DNA of 64,000 nt from Candidatus Auribacterota bacterium (GTDB taxonomy: Bacteria > Auribacterota > Tritonobacteria > UBA1439): NCBI GenBank assembly GCA_026392015.1, contig JAPLCW010000185.1, forward strand, positions 1,546-65,545, in the 5' to 3' direction. Positions 19,439 through 30,072 of the stretch are shown here, in pieces. Made by a program: the position numbers and the translations under genes. Each line of letters opens with the position of its first letter. Positions within the stretch are counted from its first letter, which is position 1. The notes under the pieces were generated by a model. The model saw nothing but the letters and a program-made list of their open reading frames with translations. It was not told the origin of the DNA and ran no database searches.

Positions 19439-21039
19439 AAACTGAGCGAATTCTGATTTTTTTCATTCTTGTCTCTTTTCTCCTCAGGCTCTTCCTGTGC
19501 CTCCAGCCTGCGGCGGAACTGGTTCCCAAGGCTGTTTCCGACGATATGTTCTATTATCTCTGCATCGCGAGAAATATCGCACACGGGCTCGGAGCGACGG
19601 CGGACGGCGTGAATGTCACGAACGGATTTCATCCGCTCTGGACGTTTGTGCTTGTTCCGCTCTCTCTGCTTTCCGGCGATGCGGTTCTCCAGGCGGCTCT
19701 CGTGGCGCTGACGTTTTTCTCGGTGCTCTCGGCCTGGTTCCTTTACAAAATCCTGAGGTTCTCATGTGACGAGGCCGCGTCCTTTCTCGCAGCTCTTGTG
19801 TGGCTTTTCTGCCCCTACACCGTGCTCGTCACGCTCGCCGGTGTCGAGGCTCCTCTCTTCGTGCTCGTACTCTCCGCCGCCGCATACTACTACCTCATGA
19901 TGAAAAGCCGCGCCCCCGCCGGAGGCTATTCCTGGAAGAGACTTATTGTGCTCGGTATTCTCTCGGGCGCGGCAGCCCTGGCGAGGATCGACGGGGGAGT
20001 CTTCGCCGCGATACTGTTCCTGTCTCTCCTGGCGGAGCAAAGGGCGAGGGCGGCATTCCCGAGGCGCGTAGTCGAGGCATGCGTCTTCGCGTGCGTCTGC
20101 GGAGTCGTGACCCTGCCCTGGTTCCTCTGGTCATATCTGAGAACCGGCTTCCTTCTTCAGACGAGCGGAAGCACGATCTATCACCAGCAGCACGTGATTT
20201 TCTGGGCGCAACAGAAGGACGCGGGCCCCCTGCGCTATGCCGCAGCGTGGATATCCCAGGTGCTCGCGAATTTCTCCGCGGCAGCCAGGTCTGTCTCGGT
20301 GCTCTGCGGCACGATCTATGCGGGGGCGGTCATCGCGCTGGTCGTTGTCGCATTGTCTCTCATGGTTGTCGATAGTCTTAAGGGCCGGCCATCCCGGAGA
20401 TGGCTGAGGGGGGGCGCATCGCCGGCGTTCCTTTTCTGTTACGCTGCGGTGCTGCTGCTCCTTTACTGCGGCTACCTCTGGTACAGCCAGGACTGGTATT
20501 ACTATTCGATCGTTTTTATCGCCTGTATTTTCCTCGGATGCGTATTCGATCTCCTGGACGAACGGTTGCGGCGGGGATGCGGCCTTATCCTGAGAACCTC
20601 CGCGATTGCCGCGGCCGCAGCGTGCATCGTCCTTTTTTCGCAATGGCAGACGCGCGCATGGTGGGAGAGGGGGATCCGGGGGTGGCAGATCGACATGTAC
20701 CGCGCCGCGCTATGGGTGAAGAAAAATGTCCCCCAGGAGAGCAGGATCGGATCGTTCAACTCCGGAATCCTCTCCTACTACTGTCCCCAGACGGTCATCA
20801 ACCTCGACGGTGTGGTCAACGGGGCGGCGTACAGGGCGATTCAGAACGGGAAGATCTTTTCCTATGTGAGGGAGCAGGGGATCGATTATCTCGTCGAGTC
20901 GCCGCTTTCCATCAATTTCAGGATGTTTCAGTCCCCGGCGGCCCCTCCGCCGGCAATGAAGGCAATCCACGCCGAGGGGACATACCCGGAAGCGGCGGCG
21001 CGACGGAATCCGGTGACTGTGTACCAGATTGTGCGCTGA
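19435..21039 (+). CDS. GT-C glycosyltransferase (DD-motif, ArnT-like)
   Basis: SDDMFYYLCIARNIAHG, TNGFHPLW, LARIDG, NLDGVVN motifs. Confidence 0.8.
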   Translation: MKTERILIFFILVSFLLRLFLCLQPAAELVPKAVSDDMFYYLCIARNIAHGLGATADGVNVTNGFHPLWTFVLVPLSLLSGDAVLQAALVALTFFSVLSAWFLYKILRFSCDEAASFLAALVWLFCPYTVLVTLAGVEAPLFVLVLSAAAYYYLMMKSRAPAGGYSWKRLIVLGILSGAAALARIDGGVFAAILFLSLLAEQRARAAFPRRVVEACVFACVCGVVTLPWFLWSYLRTGFLLQTSGSTIYHQQHVIFWAQQKDAGPLRYAAAWISQVLANFSAAARSVSVLCGTIYAGAVIALVVVALSLMVVDSLKGRPSRRWLRGGASPAFLFCYAAVLLLLYCGYLWYSQDWYYYSIVFIACIFLGCVFDLLDERLRRGCGLILRTSAIAAAAACIVLFSQWQTRAWWERGIRGWQIDMYRAALWVKKNVPQESRIGSFNSGILSYYCPQTVINLDGVVNGAAYRAIQNGKIFSYVREQGIDYLVESPLSINFRMFQSPAAPPPAMKAIHAEGTYPEAAARRNPVTVYQIVR

Positions 21040-21077
21040 GGATCGGATGTGTCGGGAAAACCGTGTGGAATACTTTT

Positions 21078-22514
21078 ATGAATGATTCCTATAGAGTTTC
21101 TGGAAAGGGTACGCTCGCGAGGGTGCTGATTCTCGCGGCTATCTTGTTCGCTGTATTTTACTTTAACTACTTCAATGATATCCAGCGCTTTCTGCTCTCG
21201 CAGAACGATTGGCTGAAGAGGTTGCGTTTCTACGCCGATGTGAAGCACCAGGTGTTCACCCTGGGACAATTTCCCCATTACCACCCCTATTATTTTAAAG
21301 GAACCAACGTCCTTTTCGCGAATGCGGAGGAATCGGTGCTCACGCCCATCAATCTCCTCCTGCCGTTGGTGTCGCTCTACCACTTTTTTATCTACCATCT
21401 CATCCTCCATTACCTCGCCGCCCTCATCGGCTTTGTCCTCCTGAGGAGGTTGCTCGGCCTACCCTATTTTTCGATTCTGCTGATGTTCGTGCTGTTCGGT
21501 TTTAACGGGAGGATCCTCTCCAACTATTATGTCGGACACGCCGGTTTCATCACGGTAATGTGGATTCCGCTTCTGCTGTATTTCTATTTGTCGTACCTCC
21601 TTCGAGGGGAGCGGCTCCTCTTCCATTGCGCGGCATCGGCGCTCATCATGACGTTGATATTTTTCGAAGGGGGAGTCCATGTCATTAACTGGCTCATCGC
21701 AATGTTCGCGTGCGATGCGGTCCTGATCTTCGCAGGCTGGTTCCTTGACCGGCGACGGGGGGTGCGGGGGGCATTCCCATCTGTCGCGAGATTCTGGGGA
21801 TTGACCCTGCCTCTGTTCCTGGGACTGAGCGCGATAAAGATATTCCCCTGCGCGAGCGTGTGGGGGGGGATGCAGTTCATCGGAGGGGGGGTTGGGTATC
21901 AAAACCTCGTGTTTTTTGCCCAGACCTTTTACCAGCGGGGACTCGGTACGGTAATCCCGTTCAAGGAGTTCTGGCTCCAGGAGGCGTACAACTATGTCGG
22001 CAGCGTTGCCTCCGTTCTGGCCGTGATCTCCATGGCGTATTCGCTGTGCGGAGGCCGGGATACTGTGATGAGGAGATTCGCGCTCCTCTCGATTCTGTTC
22101 CTCGTTTTTTCGATCGGCCAGAGCTATCTGGACATCTTTGGCCATTTCCCGCTTCTGGGCCAGGAGCGTGCCCCCACCAGATTCATCTTTGTGGTCATGG
22201 CGATCTGGTCGCTTCTGATCCCCGGCGCGCTACACGGAATTATGGGGCGCCTGAAGTTCGGCGCGGCGTTGCAGGAGATGGTGATGTGTGTCCTCGGCAT
22301 GGCGATCTACTGGCAGCTTTTCTCCGAGAGCAGACGGTGGATGGTGGTGCGTGAGCAGCTCGCGCCGGAAATGATGCTCTCCGGCAGGTACGAGTTACCC
22401 GCAGCCTATCATCGCACTTTTTATGCGGGCCTCGCCGTGACCGCGGTGACCATCGTCTGCCTCCTGATTGCCGCGCTATGGGTGCGCGCGAGATCGAGAA
22501 GGGGATGCGCATGA
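21078..22514 (+). CDS. YfhO-like GT-C membrane protein (short form)
   Basis: QFPHYHPYYFKGTNVLFANAE, FFEGG, AIKIFP, RAPTRF; similar to 43590 gene. The ORF-track extension to 20400 overlaps the previous gene. Confidence 0.7.
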   Translation: MNDSYRVSGKGTLARVLILAAILFAVFYFNYFNDIQRFLLSQNDWLKRLRFYADVKHQVFTLGQFPHYHPYYFKGTNVLFANAEESVLTPINLLLPLVSLYHFFIYHLILHYLAALIGFVLLRRLLGLPYFSILLMFVLFGFNGRILSNYYVGHAGFITVMWIPLLLYFYLSYLLRGERLLFHCAASALIMTLIFFEGGVHVINWLIAMFACDAVLIFAGWFLDRRRGVRGAFPSVARFWGLTLPLFLGLSAIKIFPCASVWGGMQFIGGGVGYQNLVFFAQTFYQRGLGTVIPFKEFWLQEAYNYVGSVASVLAVISMAYSLCGGRDTVMRRFALLSILFLVFSIGQSYLDIFGHFPLLGQERAPTRFIFVVMAIWSLLIPGALHGIMGRLKFGAALQEMVMCVLGMAIYWQLFSESRRWMVVREQLAPEMMLSGRYELPAAYHRTFYAGLAVTAVTIVCLLIAALWVRARSRRGCA

Positions 22515-22593
22515 GCGCCGGTACGCTGGTGGCTGCGCGGGGCGCTGTTGCATTCCGTCGTTCCGTGCGGATTCAATGGCGGGGGAGAGGCAG

Positions 22594-25086
22594 ATGAACG
22601 GAGAGGTGCGGATGCAGTGGCAGGGGGCAGGACATTTATCTGATAGGGGCGGACATTTCCGACGCTGGCGGGATGCCGGGTGCCTTCTCCTTCTGGCGCT
22701 CCTCACGCTGTTCTTTCTTAAGGACGGACTCTTCGCCCGCTCGCCTGTGGTGATCGCCGATCCCATGGTCATTGATCTTACCCATCATGTTTATCCCTGG
22801 AAGCTCTTCGGATTCAGCTCGCTGCAACGGGGGGAAATTCCTCTGTGGAATCCGTACCTGTTCTGCGGGGCCCCTTTTATCGCGAGCTGGTCATCGGCGA
22901 TGTTCTACCCTCTGAATGCGCTCTTCCTGTTCCTGCCCGTTCACACGTCCATCAACTGGAGTTTCGCGCTCCATATCTTCCTCACCGGCATGTTCACCTA
23001 TCTGTTCATGAGACTGGTGGGCGTGGCGGAGTTCGGCTCTCTGATCGCGTCGATCTCGTTCATGTTCTCCGGGACGGTCATCTTGCGCCTCTTCGCGGGC
23101 CATCTCTCGATTGTGTGCGCATTGACCTGGTTTCCCGCGCAGATCCTCGCGGTGGAGGCGGGGCTGCGATTCAAACGGTTGTCCTGTTTCATACTCGGTG
23201 GGCTTGCGGTGGGTATGCAGTGGCTCGCGGGGCATCCGCAGTATCCGCTGTACAGCCTTATGGCGCTCGTCGTCTACTTCGTCTTGCGGCTCGCCATCCG
23301 TGTGAGCGGTTCTGAAAAGGGATTTGCCCTCCGGGCGTGCGTTTTTCTCCTGGTGATGCTCGCGGCGGGTTTCGCTCTCGGCGCGGTTCAGATTCTCCCC
23401 AGCCACGAGTTCGCGCAGCATTCGTACCGGGGGCAAAAATTTGATTATGCGGGGGCCGTGGCGAATTCTCTGCCGCTTGAGAACCTCGTGACATTTCTCG
23501 TACCGGACGCGTTCGGGAACTTCAAGGATGTCTTCTGCTGGGGGCAATGCTACCTATGGGAAGGATCCGTATATATGGGCATCCTGCCGCTCGCCCTCGC
23601 GCTTCTTTCGTTGTTTGGGAGGCGGAGCAGGTACGTGTATATTTTTGGGTTGATGGCGGTCCTCTCCTTCCTCATCGCGATGGGGCGTTTCACCCCCTTG
23701 TTCACGCTGCTCTATGATTACGTGCCCGGTTTTAAAATGGCGAGGGGAAGCGCGCGGATGCTTGTTGTCACCGTATTTTCGCTTTCGGCACTGGCGGGGT
23801 TTGGGGTAAACGCGCTTCAGGACGGTTCACCCCCGCAGAGGAAACTCTTCCTCCGGGCGTTCTGCGGGGCGGCGGCGGCGTGTGTCGTGCTTGTCGCGTT
23901 GTATTACGCGGGAATTGCGGGGGGCGCCGGAGATGCGACCGTCTGGAAGGCATTACTCCATTACCGTAAATCCACCGATAGCGCATACTGGAAGATTCTC
24001 GACGACCCGAGTTTTGTGCGCAGCGCATATGAGATGTTTCGCCTGGGCGTCCTGCGCCTTATAGCCCTCACCGGCGTTACCGCGCTGATTCTTTTGCTCG
24101 CGGCGCGGAGGGAGAGGAATTTGGGAATGATGAAGGCGCTTATGGTGGCTGTAGTGGCTCTGGATCTGTGGAGTTACGGCGGTCCTTTCATTCACACAGA
24201 ACCTATTTCCGCATGTTGGTGGCCAAAGAGCGCGATGGATTTCTTGTCGAAGGACAGTTCCCTCTTCAGGATCTTCAGGGATTACTGGGTGTCGGCACTC
24301 GGCGTGAATCAGAATATGAATAACCGGATTGCGTCGGTGGACGGCTATGAGGCCGATTTTGTGAGTGTGTTCAAGGAGTTTGTTGACGCGGTGGGCATCA
24401 ATCAGGAGAATGCGGCTCGCGTCCTGAGTGATGCGCGCGCGTCACGGATCGCGGCAATGATGAACATGAAATATGTCATTCTGCCCGCGGGGAAGATGGT
24501 GGGCAGTCCCCTGTGCGTGCTCAAGTTTGATGGGGAGGGGTTCTGGGGGTACGAGCGCACGGAGGTTTTGCCGCGCGCGTTCGTGGTGCACGGCGCGAAG
24601 GTCATCCCGGAGCCGGCCGCGGTGCTGGCATTTCTCGAGGTGGGCGATTTCAGGCCTCGGGAACAGGTGCTGCTGTCCGATGCCCCGGGGAGCCGGCTGC
24701 CGGAGTACGGCGCGGCGAGCGATCGTGAGGAGGCGACCATCGTCCGGTATTCTCCCAACGAGGTGGTGGTGAAGAGCACCCTGGAAGAGCCGGGCATTCT
24801 CTTCCTCAGCGATGTCTACTACCCCGGTTGGACGGTGCGTATTGACGGCGCCCCCGGCCGTATCCTTCGCGCCAACTACGCATTCCGCGCCGTGTTTCTG
24901 GAAAAGGGCGCACATGAGGTGCGTTTCCGCTACCTCCCTCAGTCATTTATAGAGGGGGCATTGCTCAGCCTCATCTCACTCGCAATGGTGGCGGCGTGGA
25001 TTGCCTATGGATGGGGGAGGGGGAAGGGACGCAGGGCCGCGCCATACGAAATGCGCGGGAAGGACGGCGCAGATGCGGTTGCCTGA
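22594..25086 (+). CDS. YfhO family membrane protein (GT-C)
   Basis: PLWNPYLFCGAPF, LAGHPQ, C-terminal SDVYYPGWTVRIDG..RANYAFRAV YfhO signature; alternative start 22612. Confidence 0.85.
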   Translation: MNGEVRMQWQGAGHLSDRGGHFRRWRDAGCLLLLALLTLFFLKDGLFARSPVVIADPMVIDLTHHVYPWKLFGFSSLQRGEIPLWNPYLFCGAPFIASWSSAMFYPLNALFLFLPVHTSINWSFALHIFLTGMFTYLFMRLVGVAEFGSLIASISFMFSGTVILRLFAGHLSIVCALTWFPAQILAVEAGLRFKRLSCFILGGLAVGMQWLAGHPQYPLYSLMALVVYFVLRLAIRVSGSEKGFALRACVFLLVMLAAGFALGAVQILPSHEFAQHSYRGQKFDYAGAVANSLPLENLVTFLVPDAFGNFKDVFCWGQCYLWEGSVYMGILPLALALLSLFGRRSRYVYIFGLMAVLSFLIAMGRFTPLFTLLYDYVPGFKMARGSARMLVVTVFSLSALAGFGVNALQDGSPPQRKLFLRAFCGAAAACVVLVALYYAGIAGGAGDATVWKALLHYRKSTDSAYWKILDDPSFVRSAYEMFRLGVLRLIALTGVTALILLLAARRERNLGMMKALMVAVVALDLWSYGGPFIHTEPISACWWPKSAMDFLSKDSSLFRIFRDYWVSALGVNQNMNNRIASVDGYEADFVSVFKEFVDAVGINQENAARVLSDARASRIAAMMNMKYVILPAGKMVGSPLCVLKFDGEGFWGYERTEVLPRAFVVHGAKVIPEPAAVLAFLEVGDFRPREQVLLSDAPGSRLPEYGAASDREEATIVRYSPNEVVVKSTLEEPGILFLSDVYYPGWTVRIDGAPGRILRANYAFRAVFLEKGAHEVRFRYLPQSFIEGALLSLISLAMVAAWIAYGWGRGKGRRAAPYEMRGKDGADAVA

Positions 25087-26614
25087 AAGAGGCTCGCTAT
25101 ATAACAGGATCATCCTCATGCTTGTCTGCGTCCCGGTGGTGCAGACACTTTTGTGCCACGATATGCCGGGTCTCAATGCCGATGTCGCGCTCATGGGTAT
25201 CTCGGCGTATAAAATTCTGCACGGCGAAACCACCGGGCTGCGCGGCGAAACGCCCTACACGGGATCGCTCCGGATATATCTGACGACCCTCCTTTTCCGG
25301 ATAGGGGGCGTCAACCGGCTTTGCCTCGAGCTTGCCCTCGGGATCTACAACTCACTCACCCTTCTCTTCGTGTATCTCCTGGGGAAGAGAATGATCTCCG
25401 CGCGCGCCGGGATCATTTGTGCCGTTGTCGTCTCGTGCGCCCCATGGTTTGTGGTGAAAGATCCTGAAAACTGGCAGTACCTTCTGCTGGTGGCTGCCCT
25501 TTATCTCCTGGTGCGGCGTCGGGACGCAGGCAAATCCCAAACTTCTACGCAAAATGCAAAGGAGTTGAGGAGTAAGAATCTAAGCGCGGGCGAAGTTCTC
25601 ACAGCTCTCATGGGAGGGATTGTGATCGGTCTCGGATGTTATGAACATCAACTCACCGCGATCATCCCCCTCTCCCTTCTGATTGCGTACGCGGTGTATC
25701 GCAGGGGGAGCGGCATGGCATGGGGCCGTCTCGCGCTCATTCTGACCGGGTGCGCGGCCGGTTTTTCCCCGAGGATTATCTCCAGCATCGTGCACGCGAT
25801 ACCCGTTCCCATGGAGACGCTCAATGCGCCATCGAGGGTTGCGCGCGATGCGGCGGCCTGCGTCCCCTACTTCCTGAGCCTTCTGAACGGGTCGGTGGTT
25901 TACCTGGCGCACACCGGACGCATCAGGTTCTGGGTTATCCCGATCAATGCCGCGCTGTTCTTCGGCTCCCTCAGTGTCCTTTTGTTCTGGGGGAAAAAGA
26001 GCCTCGCGTATGCCATGGTGGCCCTGTTTCTCATGCTCTATCTCCTTCCCCTCATTGTGGTGAAATACACGACAATGCGATACTTCTTCGGCGCGCTTAT
26101 GACCGCCGCGCTGATTTCAGGAGTCGGCATATACGTGGTGTCATGCAGGTATGCAGTGGCGGGCATGCTTATCCTGCTCGTGTACGCTGCATGCAATATA
26201 TTCTATATAGCCGAGAATTTTTATATGGAGTTCGGGGAGACGGGAGGAGGCCTGACAATCTTCAGGACGGGCAATGTGTTTGATGCGAGCCATCACCTGG
26301 CGAGAACCGATTTTCTGTACGAGTGCCTGGACAAGACCGTGCCGGTAATTGTTGCTCCCGAGCCATTCATCGGCACCCCGCTCAGATTCTACGATCTTGG
26401 GCCTGGAAGCTTCAAGGTGATCACGGGGAAGATGGACGCGTCGTACGACAGTTTCTATTTTATCGATTATGCGAACGGCGGCAAGCTCGGCATCAGGATA
26501 GTGCCGTCCCTTTTCCCTGAGTACACCATCACCACGGAGTGCCCGGAACTCAAAAATTTTTCCGTGTACCGGTTCGTCAGAAAATCAACGGGGTATGTCG
26601 CCCGGCCCCGTTGA
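25073..26614 (+). CDS. ArnT-like GT-C membrane protein
   Basis: PGLNADVALMG..A..IL.GE...PYTG pattern; polytopic; start overlaps the previous stop region. Confidence 0.65.
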   Translation: MRLPERGSLYNRIILMLVCVPVVQTLLCHDMPGLNADVALMGISAYKILHGETTGLRGETPYTGSLRIYLTTLLFRIGGVNRLCLELALGIYNSLTLLFVYLLGKRMISARAGIICAVVVSCAPWFVVKDPENWQYLLLVAALYLLVRRRDAGKSQTSTQNAKELRSKNLSAGEVLTALMGGIVIGLGCYEHQLTAIIPLSLLIAYAVYRRGSGMAWGRLALILTGCAAGFSPRIISSIVHAIPVPMETLNAPSRVARDAAACVPYFLSLLNGSVVYLAHTGRIRFWVIPINAALFFGSLSVLLFWGKKSLAYAMVALFLMLYLLPLIVVKYTTMRYFFGALMTAALISGVGIYVVSCRYAVAGMLILLVYAACNIFYIAENFYMEFGETGGGLTIFRTGNVFDASHHLARTDFLYECLDKTVPVIVAPEPFIGTPLRFYDLGPGSFKVITGKMDASYDSFYFIDYANGGKLGIRIVPSLFPEYTITTECPELKNFSVYRFVRKSTGYVARPR

Positions 26615-28813
26615 GCGTAATTTCACCGCGACGATCCCGTGTTCGGTGGTTTCCATATTCTCGAACCGGAACTCCCGGCCCAGCCGCATGACGATCGCCT
26701 GCTGGAGTTCGTTGAGCTGGCCGATGTCTCTTTCCATGAACAGGTAATCGCCGCGGGTGAGGTGGTGCGCATAGCGCAGACCCCGATCCATGGCGGACCT
26801 CGCATTCCCCAGAAGATAATCCTGTCCGGGGTGACTGATCGGGAAAACGTTGGTTTTCCCGGCCAGCATGAGCGCCTCGGTGGTGCAGTCGGGCTCGATA
26901 AACAGGGCAACGCGCTGCTTGTCGGGGGCGTATTTTTGGATCAGGTACAACGCCTCGGCCACGCGCTGCCTCGTGGGCGATCTCGATTCCAGGTTGGCGA
27001 GTTGTTCCCGGAGTATCGTGGGCTTGCCCTGGCGCAGCTGCGCGATGCTGCGTCCGGCGGAGTAAAGGGCGGTGCTGTGCCATTTGTGTGTCACAGAGGG
27101 GACTCCTGCAAAATACAGGAGGGCGATGGCACAGCAGGAGCAGTAGGCGACGGAGAAACGGAAGGTGCGCGGCAGTCCGAGTTGGGAAACCCGCATCAGC
27201 CAGTATGCTGCCACAAAGATCGTCGGCAGGCAGATGTGGTAGAGATTGTTGGGATGGGGGCGGATGATAAAATAGGTGAAAAGGGCAATTCCGCACGTGG
27301 TCATTCCGAAGACGATCGAGAGCTCGCGCGCGTTCTCCCGTCTCCCCGGGGCCGGGAGCGCGTACAACGCAGCGATCAGAGACGCGAAGTAAATCGCAAT
27401 GACTATCCCCCAGGCACCCCATGGTTGTATCGGGAGCGCCCCCACACCGCCGCTGTACGGCAACAGATTAACAGCTCCGTACAGAACCAGGTATTCCCCG
27501 TAGTATCTCCAGTGGGGCCATTCTCCCGATCGAAGGCGAATATCGATTGACACAAGGGCGTAGGCGATCAGGACGGTTAATCCCACCCGGATGAGTTCTC
27601 GCCCAACCCATCGCGCGCGATCCCGGTAGCTCGATGACTCGGTGCAGCACTCACACATCACGATGCCCGCATACGTTGCCGCCGAAAAGAAAAAGGTCTC
27701 CACGCTCCACACCGATGCGATTCCCAGAGTGGCATAGTCGATCCATCGTGTGCGCCTCCGGATGCCGGGGCGCCGGACGCGCAGCGCAGCCAGGGCAAGC
27801 AAGAGGTAGGGCAGGCCGAATCTCAGCGGGCCGGTGGAGGGGGTATTCGTGGGGTAGCCCATGGACATAAAGTAGTTCATCATGAGAATCAGGGAGAGCG
27901 TCACGACGGAGAAGATAATCGATTTCAGCGACGTTCGCAGCAAAAAGTACACAACGAGGAACTGCGCAACCCACAGGATGCTTATCACACACGAGAGGCC
28001 CGCGTAGGAAAAGGGGATGAGGCCCGTTTGAAACAGGAATGAGAGAAAGTAGACGACGAAGAGCCCATACTGGCAATTAATATCGAAGAGCAGTGATTTT
28101 CCCCGCATGAGATCGTTCACGGGTCCGGTGTAAAAATTGTAGTGGGGGGGGTCGAAGTGGAAATATGTGTCGAACGTCATGAGAGCGATGAGCAGAATGA
28201 CCAGTCCGTCGAGTATCCGTTTGGTGAGCCTTCCCCCGCGCCACTGAACCAATGGTCCGTGAAATAGTGCGGCAGTCGCGATCAGGGCGATCAACGCGGA
28301 GATACGGAAAGCGGGCAGTGTGAAGGGAAGGAAGGTGAACAAGGCCGCTCCGAACAGCAGGGGGGTAAGAAAATACACGGTGTTCGAGAACAGAATAGCC
28401 CGCCCGGGCTCCCTGAGCAGACCCTTCCCTGCGCGAAGAGCAGCCACCGGGGCGAACAGGCTTGCAAGAGGGAACAGAGAGGCGACAAAGGCGGGAGGAA
28501 TCGCGTGAAGGCGCAGGCCCCATATTCCCGAACATACGCAGAGGGCGTTAAAAGCGATCAGGAATGCATGGGGGAGGCGATTTTCCCCGAAGAGTTTTCG
28601 CATCAGCCCTCGGATTGCATATGAGGAGAGCATCGCGAGGGGGATGACGATCAGCAGGCACACACTATAAATGACCCAGAGCGTATTCCTTGTGAGATGC
28701 GCGTTATCGAACGGCAGCAGAAGCAGGAGGAAAAAATAGCTGCCGTAGCAAAGGGAAAGCAGGAACAGGTCCAGTTTCCCTTTGGAGGATACATGGTCGG
28801 TGGCGGTCATCAT
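26585..28813 (-). CDS. Large GT-C-like membrane protein
   Basis: HYNFYTGPVNDLMRGKSLLFDINCQYG, GPLRF, WSVET motifs; many TM helices. Confidence 0.7.
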   Translation of the reverse strand: MMTATDHVSSKGKLDLFLLSLCYGSYFFLLLLLPFDNAHLTRNTLWVIYSVCLLIVIPLAMLSSYAIRGLMRKLFGENRLPHAFLIAFNALCVCSGIWGLRLHAIPPAFVASLFPLASLFAPVAALRAGKGLLREPGRAILFSNTVYFLTPLLFGAALFTFLPFTLPAFRISALIALIATAALFHGPLVQWRGGRLTKRILDGLVILLIALMTFDTYFHFDPPHYNFYTGPVNDLMRGKSLLFDINCQYGLFVVYFLSFLFQTGLIPFSYAGLSCVISILWVAQFLVVYFLLRTSLKSIIFSVVTLSLILMMNYFMSMGYPTNTPSTGPLRFGLPYLLLALAALRVRRPGIRRRTRWIDYATLGIASVWSVETFFFSAATYAGIVMCECCTESSSYRDRARWVGRELIRVGLTVLIAYALVSIDIRLRSGEWPHWRYYGEYLVLYGAVNLLPYSGGVGALPIQPWGAWGIVIAIYFASLIAALYALPAPGRRENARELSIVFGMTTCGIALFTYFIIRPHPNNLYHICLPTIFVAAYWLMRVSQLGLPRTFRFSVAYCSCCAIALLYFAGVPSVTHKWHSTALYSAGRSIAQLRQGKPTILREQLANLESRSPTRQRVAEALYLIQKYAPDKQRVALFIEPDCTTEALMLAGKTNVFPISHPGQDYLLGNARSAMDRGLRYAHHLTRGDYLFMERDIGQLNELQQAIVMRLGREFRFENMETTEHGIVAVKLRSTGPGDIPR

Positions 28814-28869
28814 GGGTAAGGTCTCAGAAGTTGTGCAATAATCAGATTCATGAACTTGGCCAATTGTCT

Positions 28870-29051
28870 CTAGTACACTGTTAAGCTAATTCTTACGAGG
28901 TAACCTGTCATTGCGAGCCCGAAGGGCGCGGCAATCTCGTTGTTAAAAGATAAAAACGAGATTGCTTCGTCTCCCGCCTCGGCGGGATCCTCGCAATGAC
29001 ATAATGCTTACGGCATTTATATCAGTAAAAACTAATTTACCAGTGTACTAG
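28870..29051. mobile_element. 182-bp MITE with CTAGTACACTG TIRs and GTCATTGCGAG hairpin
   Basis: Perfect 11-bp TIR ctagtacactg/cagtgtactag; near-identical inverted copy at 36062-36241. Confidence 0.85.
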
Positions 29052-29163
29052 TGTAGGGGCTTGATTCATCAAGCCCTTGTGTGAGGGTCGGGTGAAACTT
29101 GACCAATTTTTTCACACCTCCTGATCCGTGAATTCATGGAAGAGATCGCGTTGTCGCTCATTA

Positions 29164-30072
29164 TTATTTTTGCGCGATGCAATAGAAATTCCCCAGCGGG
29201 ATCAGGAATCGGATGCGCCCCGCGAAATTATTTTCAATAGCGCGGAGGAGAGCCCTCTTGAGCGCCCGCGGCAGCGGGGAGAGTCGGAGCAGGTAGCTCG
29301 CGCTATAGCGATTGAAGACCGGGCCGACCTTGAGAACCGAGAATCCGCGCGCGGAGAAGAGACGGGACACAGTGCACGGGCTGAACAGAAAGGTGTGTTC
29401 GATATCGACGATGGGGCTGCGGCTCTTCAATATCCGCGACGAGAGCGCGTCAATATTATGGCTGATGCAAAGGATGAACCCCCCCGGGTTGAGGAGGCTG
29501 CCGCATTCACTGACGAGCGCCCCCGGGTCGGGGACATGGTCGATCAGCTGAAACATGCAGATGACGTCAAAACGCTGAGACCCGAACAGCCCGGGACGCA
29601 TGGCGCTGCGCGCGATGTGCGGGCGAATCCGCGGATCCGCTTTCGACACCGCATCCTCACTCGGCTCAACACCCTTCACCACGGAGTAGCCCCGGTCCAG
29701 CGCTTCCTCCAGGAAAAAGCCGTTACCGCACCCTATCTCAAGGAGGGAGCCTTTCCTTGCGCCGTATGTCTCCAGCCTGGCCAGGCAGCGTCCATAAGTG
29801 GCTTTGATATTATCGACTTCGCTTGTGTAATCGAACGCGCTCCGCGCATAGAGGCGCGCCAGCGCCTCCGGTTCGGCAACGGGATCGGAGCGCACCAGCC
29901 CGCATTCGGCGCACCTCACCATGCGATAGCGGAGCCGGTCGGGCATGCGCCGGGCGGAGAAGACGGCAGGGGTAAACGCCCCCGAATCGAAATTTGCCGG
30001 GTAAAGTTCGGTCGCATTTCCCTCGGTAGTGCAGATCGCGCATCTCGAAGGGCGGAGCTCAAGGGAGTGCAT
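29164..30072 (-). CDS. Class I SAM-dependent methyltransferase with N-terminal CxxC pairs
   Basis: CAIC...CAEC; LLEIGCGNG; FQLIDHVPDP; LNPGG. Confidence 0.9.
   Translation of the reverse strand: MHSLELRPSRCAICTTEGNATELYPANFDSGAFTPAVFSARRMPDRLRYRMVRCAECGLVRSDPVAEPEALARLYARSAFDYTSEVDNIKATYGRCLARLETYGARKGSLLEIGCGNGFFLEEALDRGYSVVKGVEPSEDAVSKADPRIRPHIARSAMRPGLFGSQRFDVICMFQLIDHVPDPGALVSECGSLLNPGGFILCISHNIDALSSRILKSRSPIVDIEHTFLFSPCTVSRLFSARGFSVLKVGPVFNRYSASYLLRLSPLPRALKRALLRAIENNFAGRIRFLIPLGNFYCIAQK

Noticed and set aside
20400-21077. N-terminal extension making the 704-aa ORF
   Set aside because: Overlaps the 19435 gene in another frame and has unnatural composition; ATG 21078 is more plausible.
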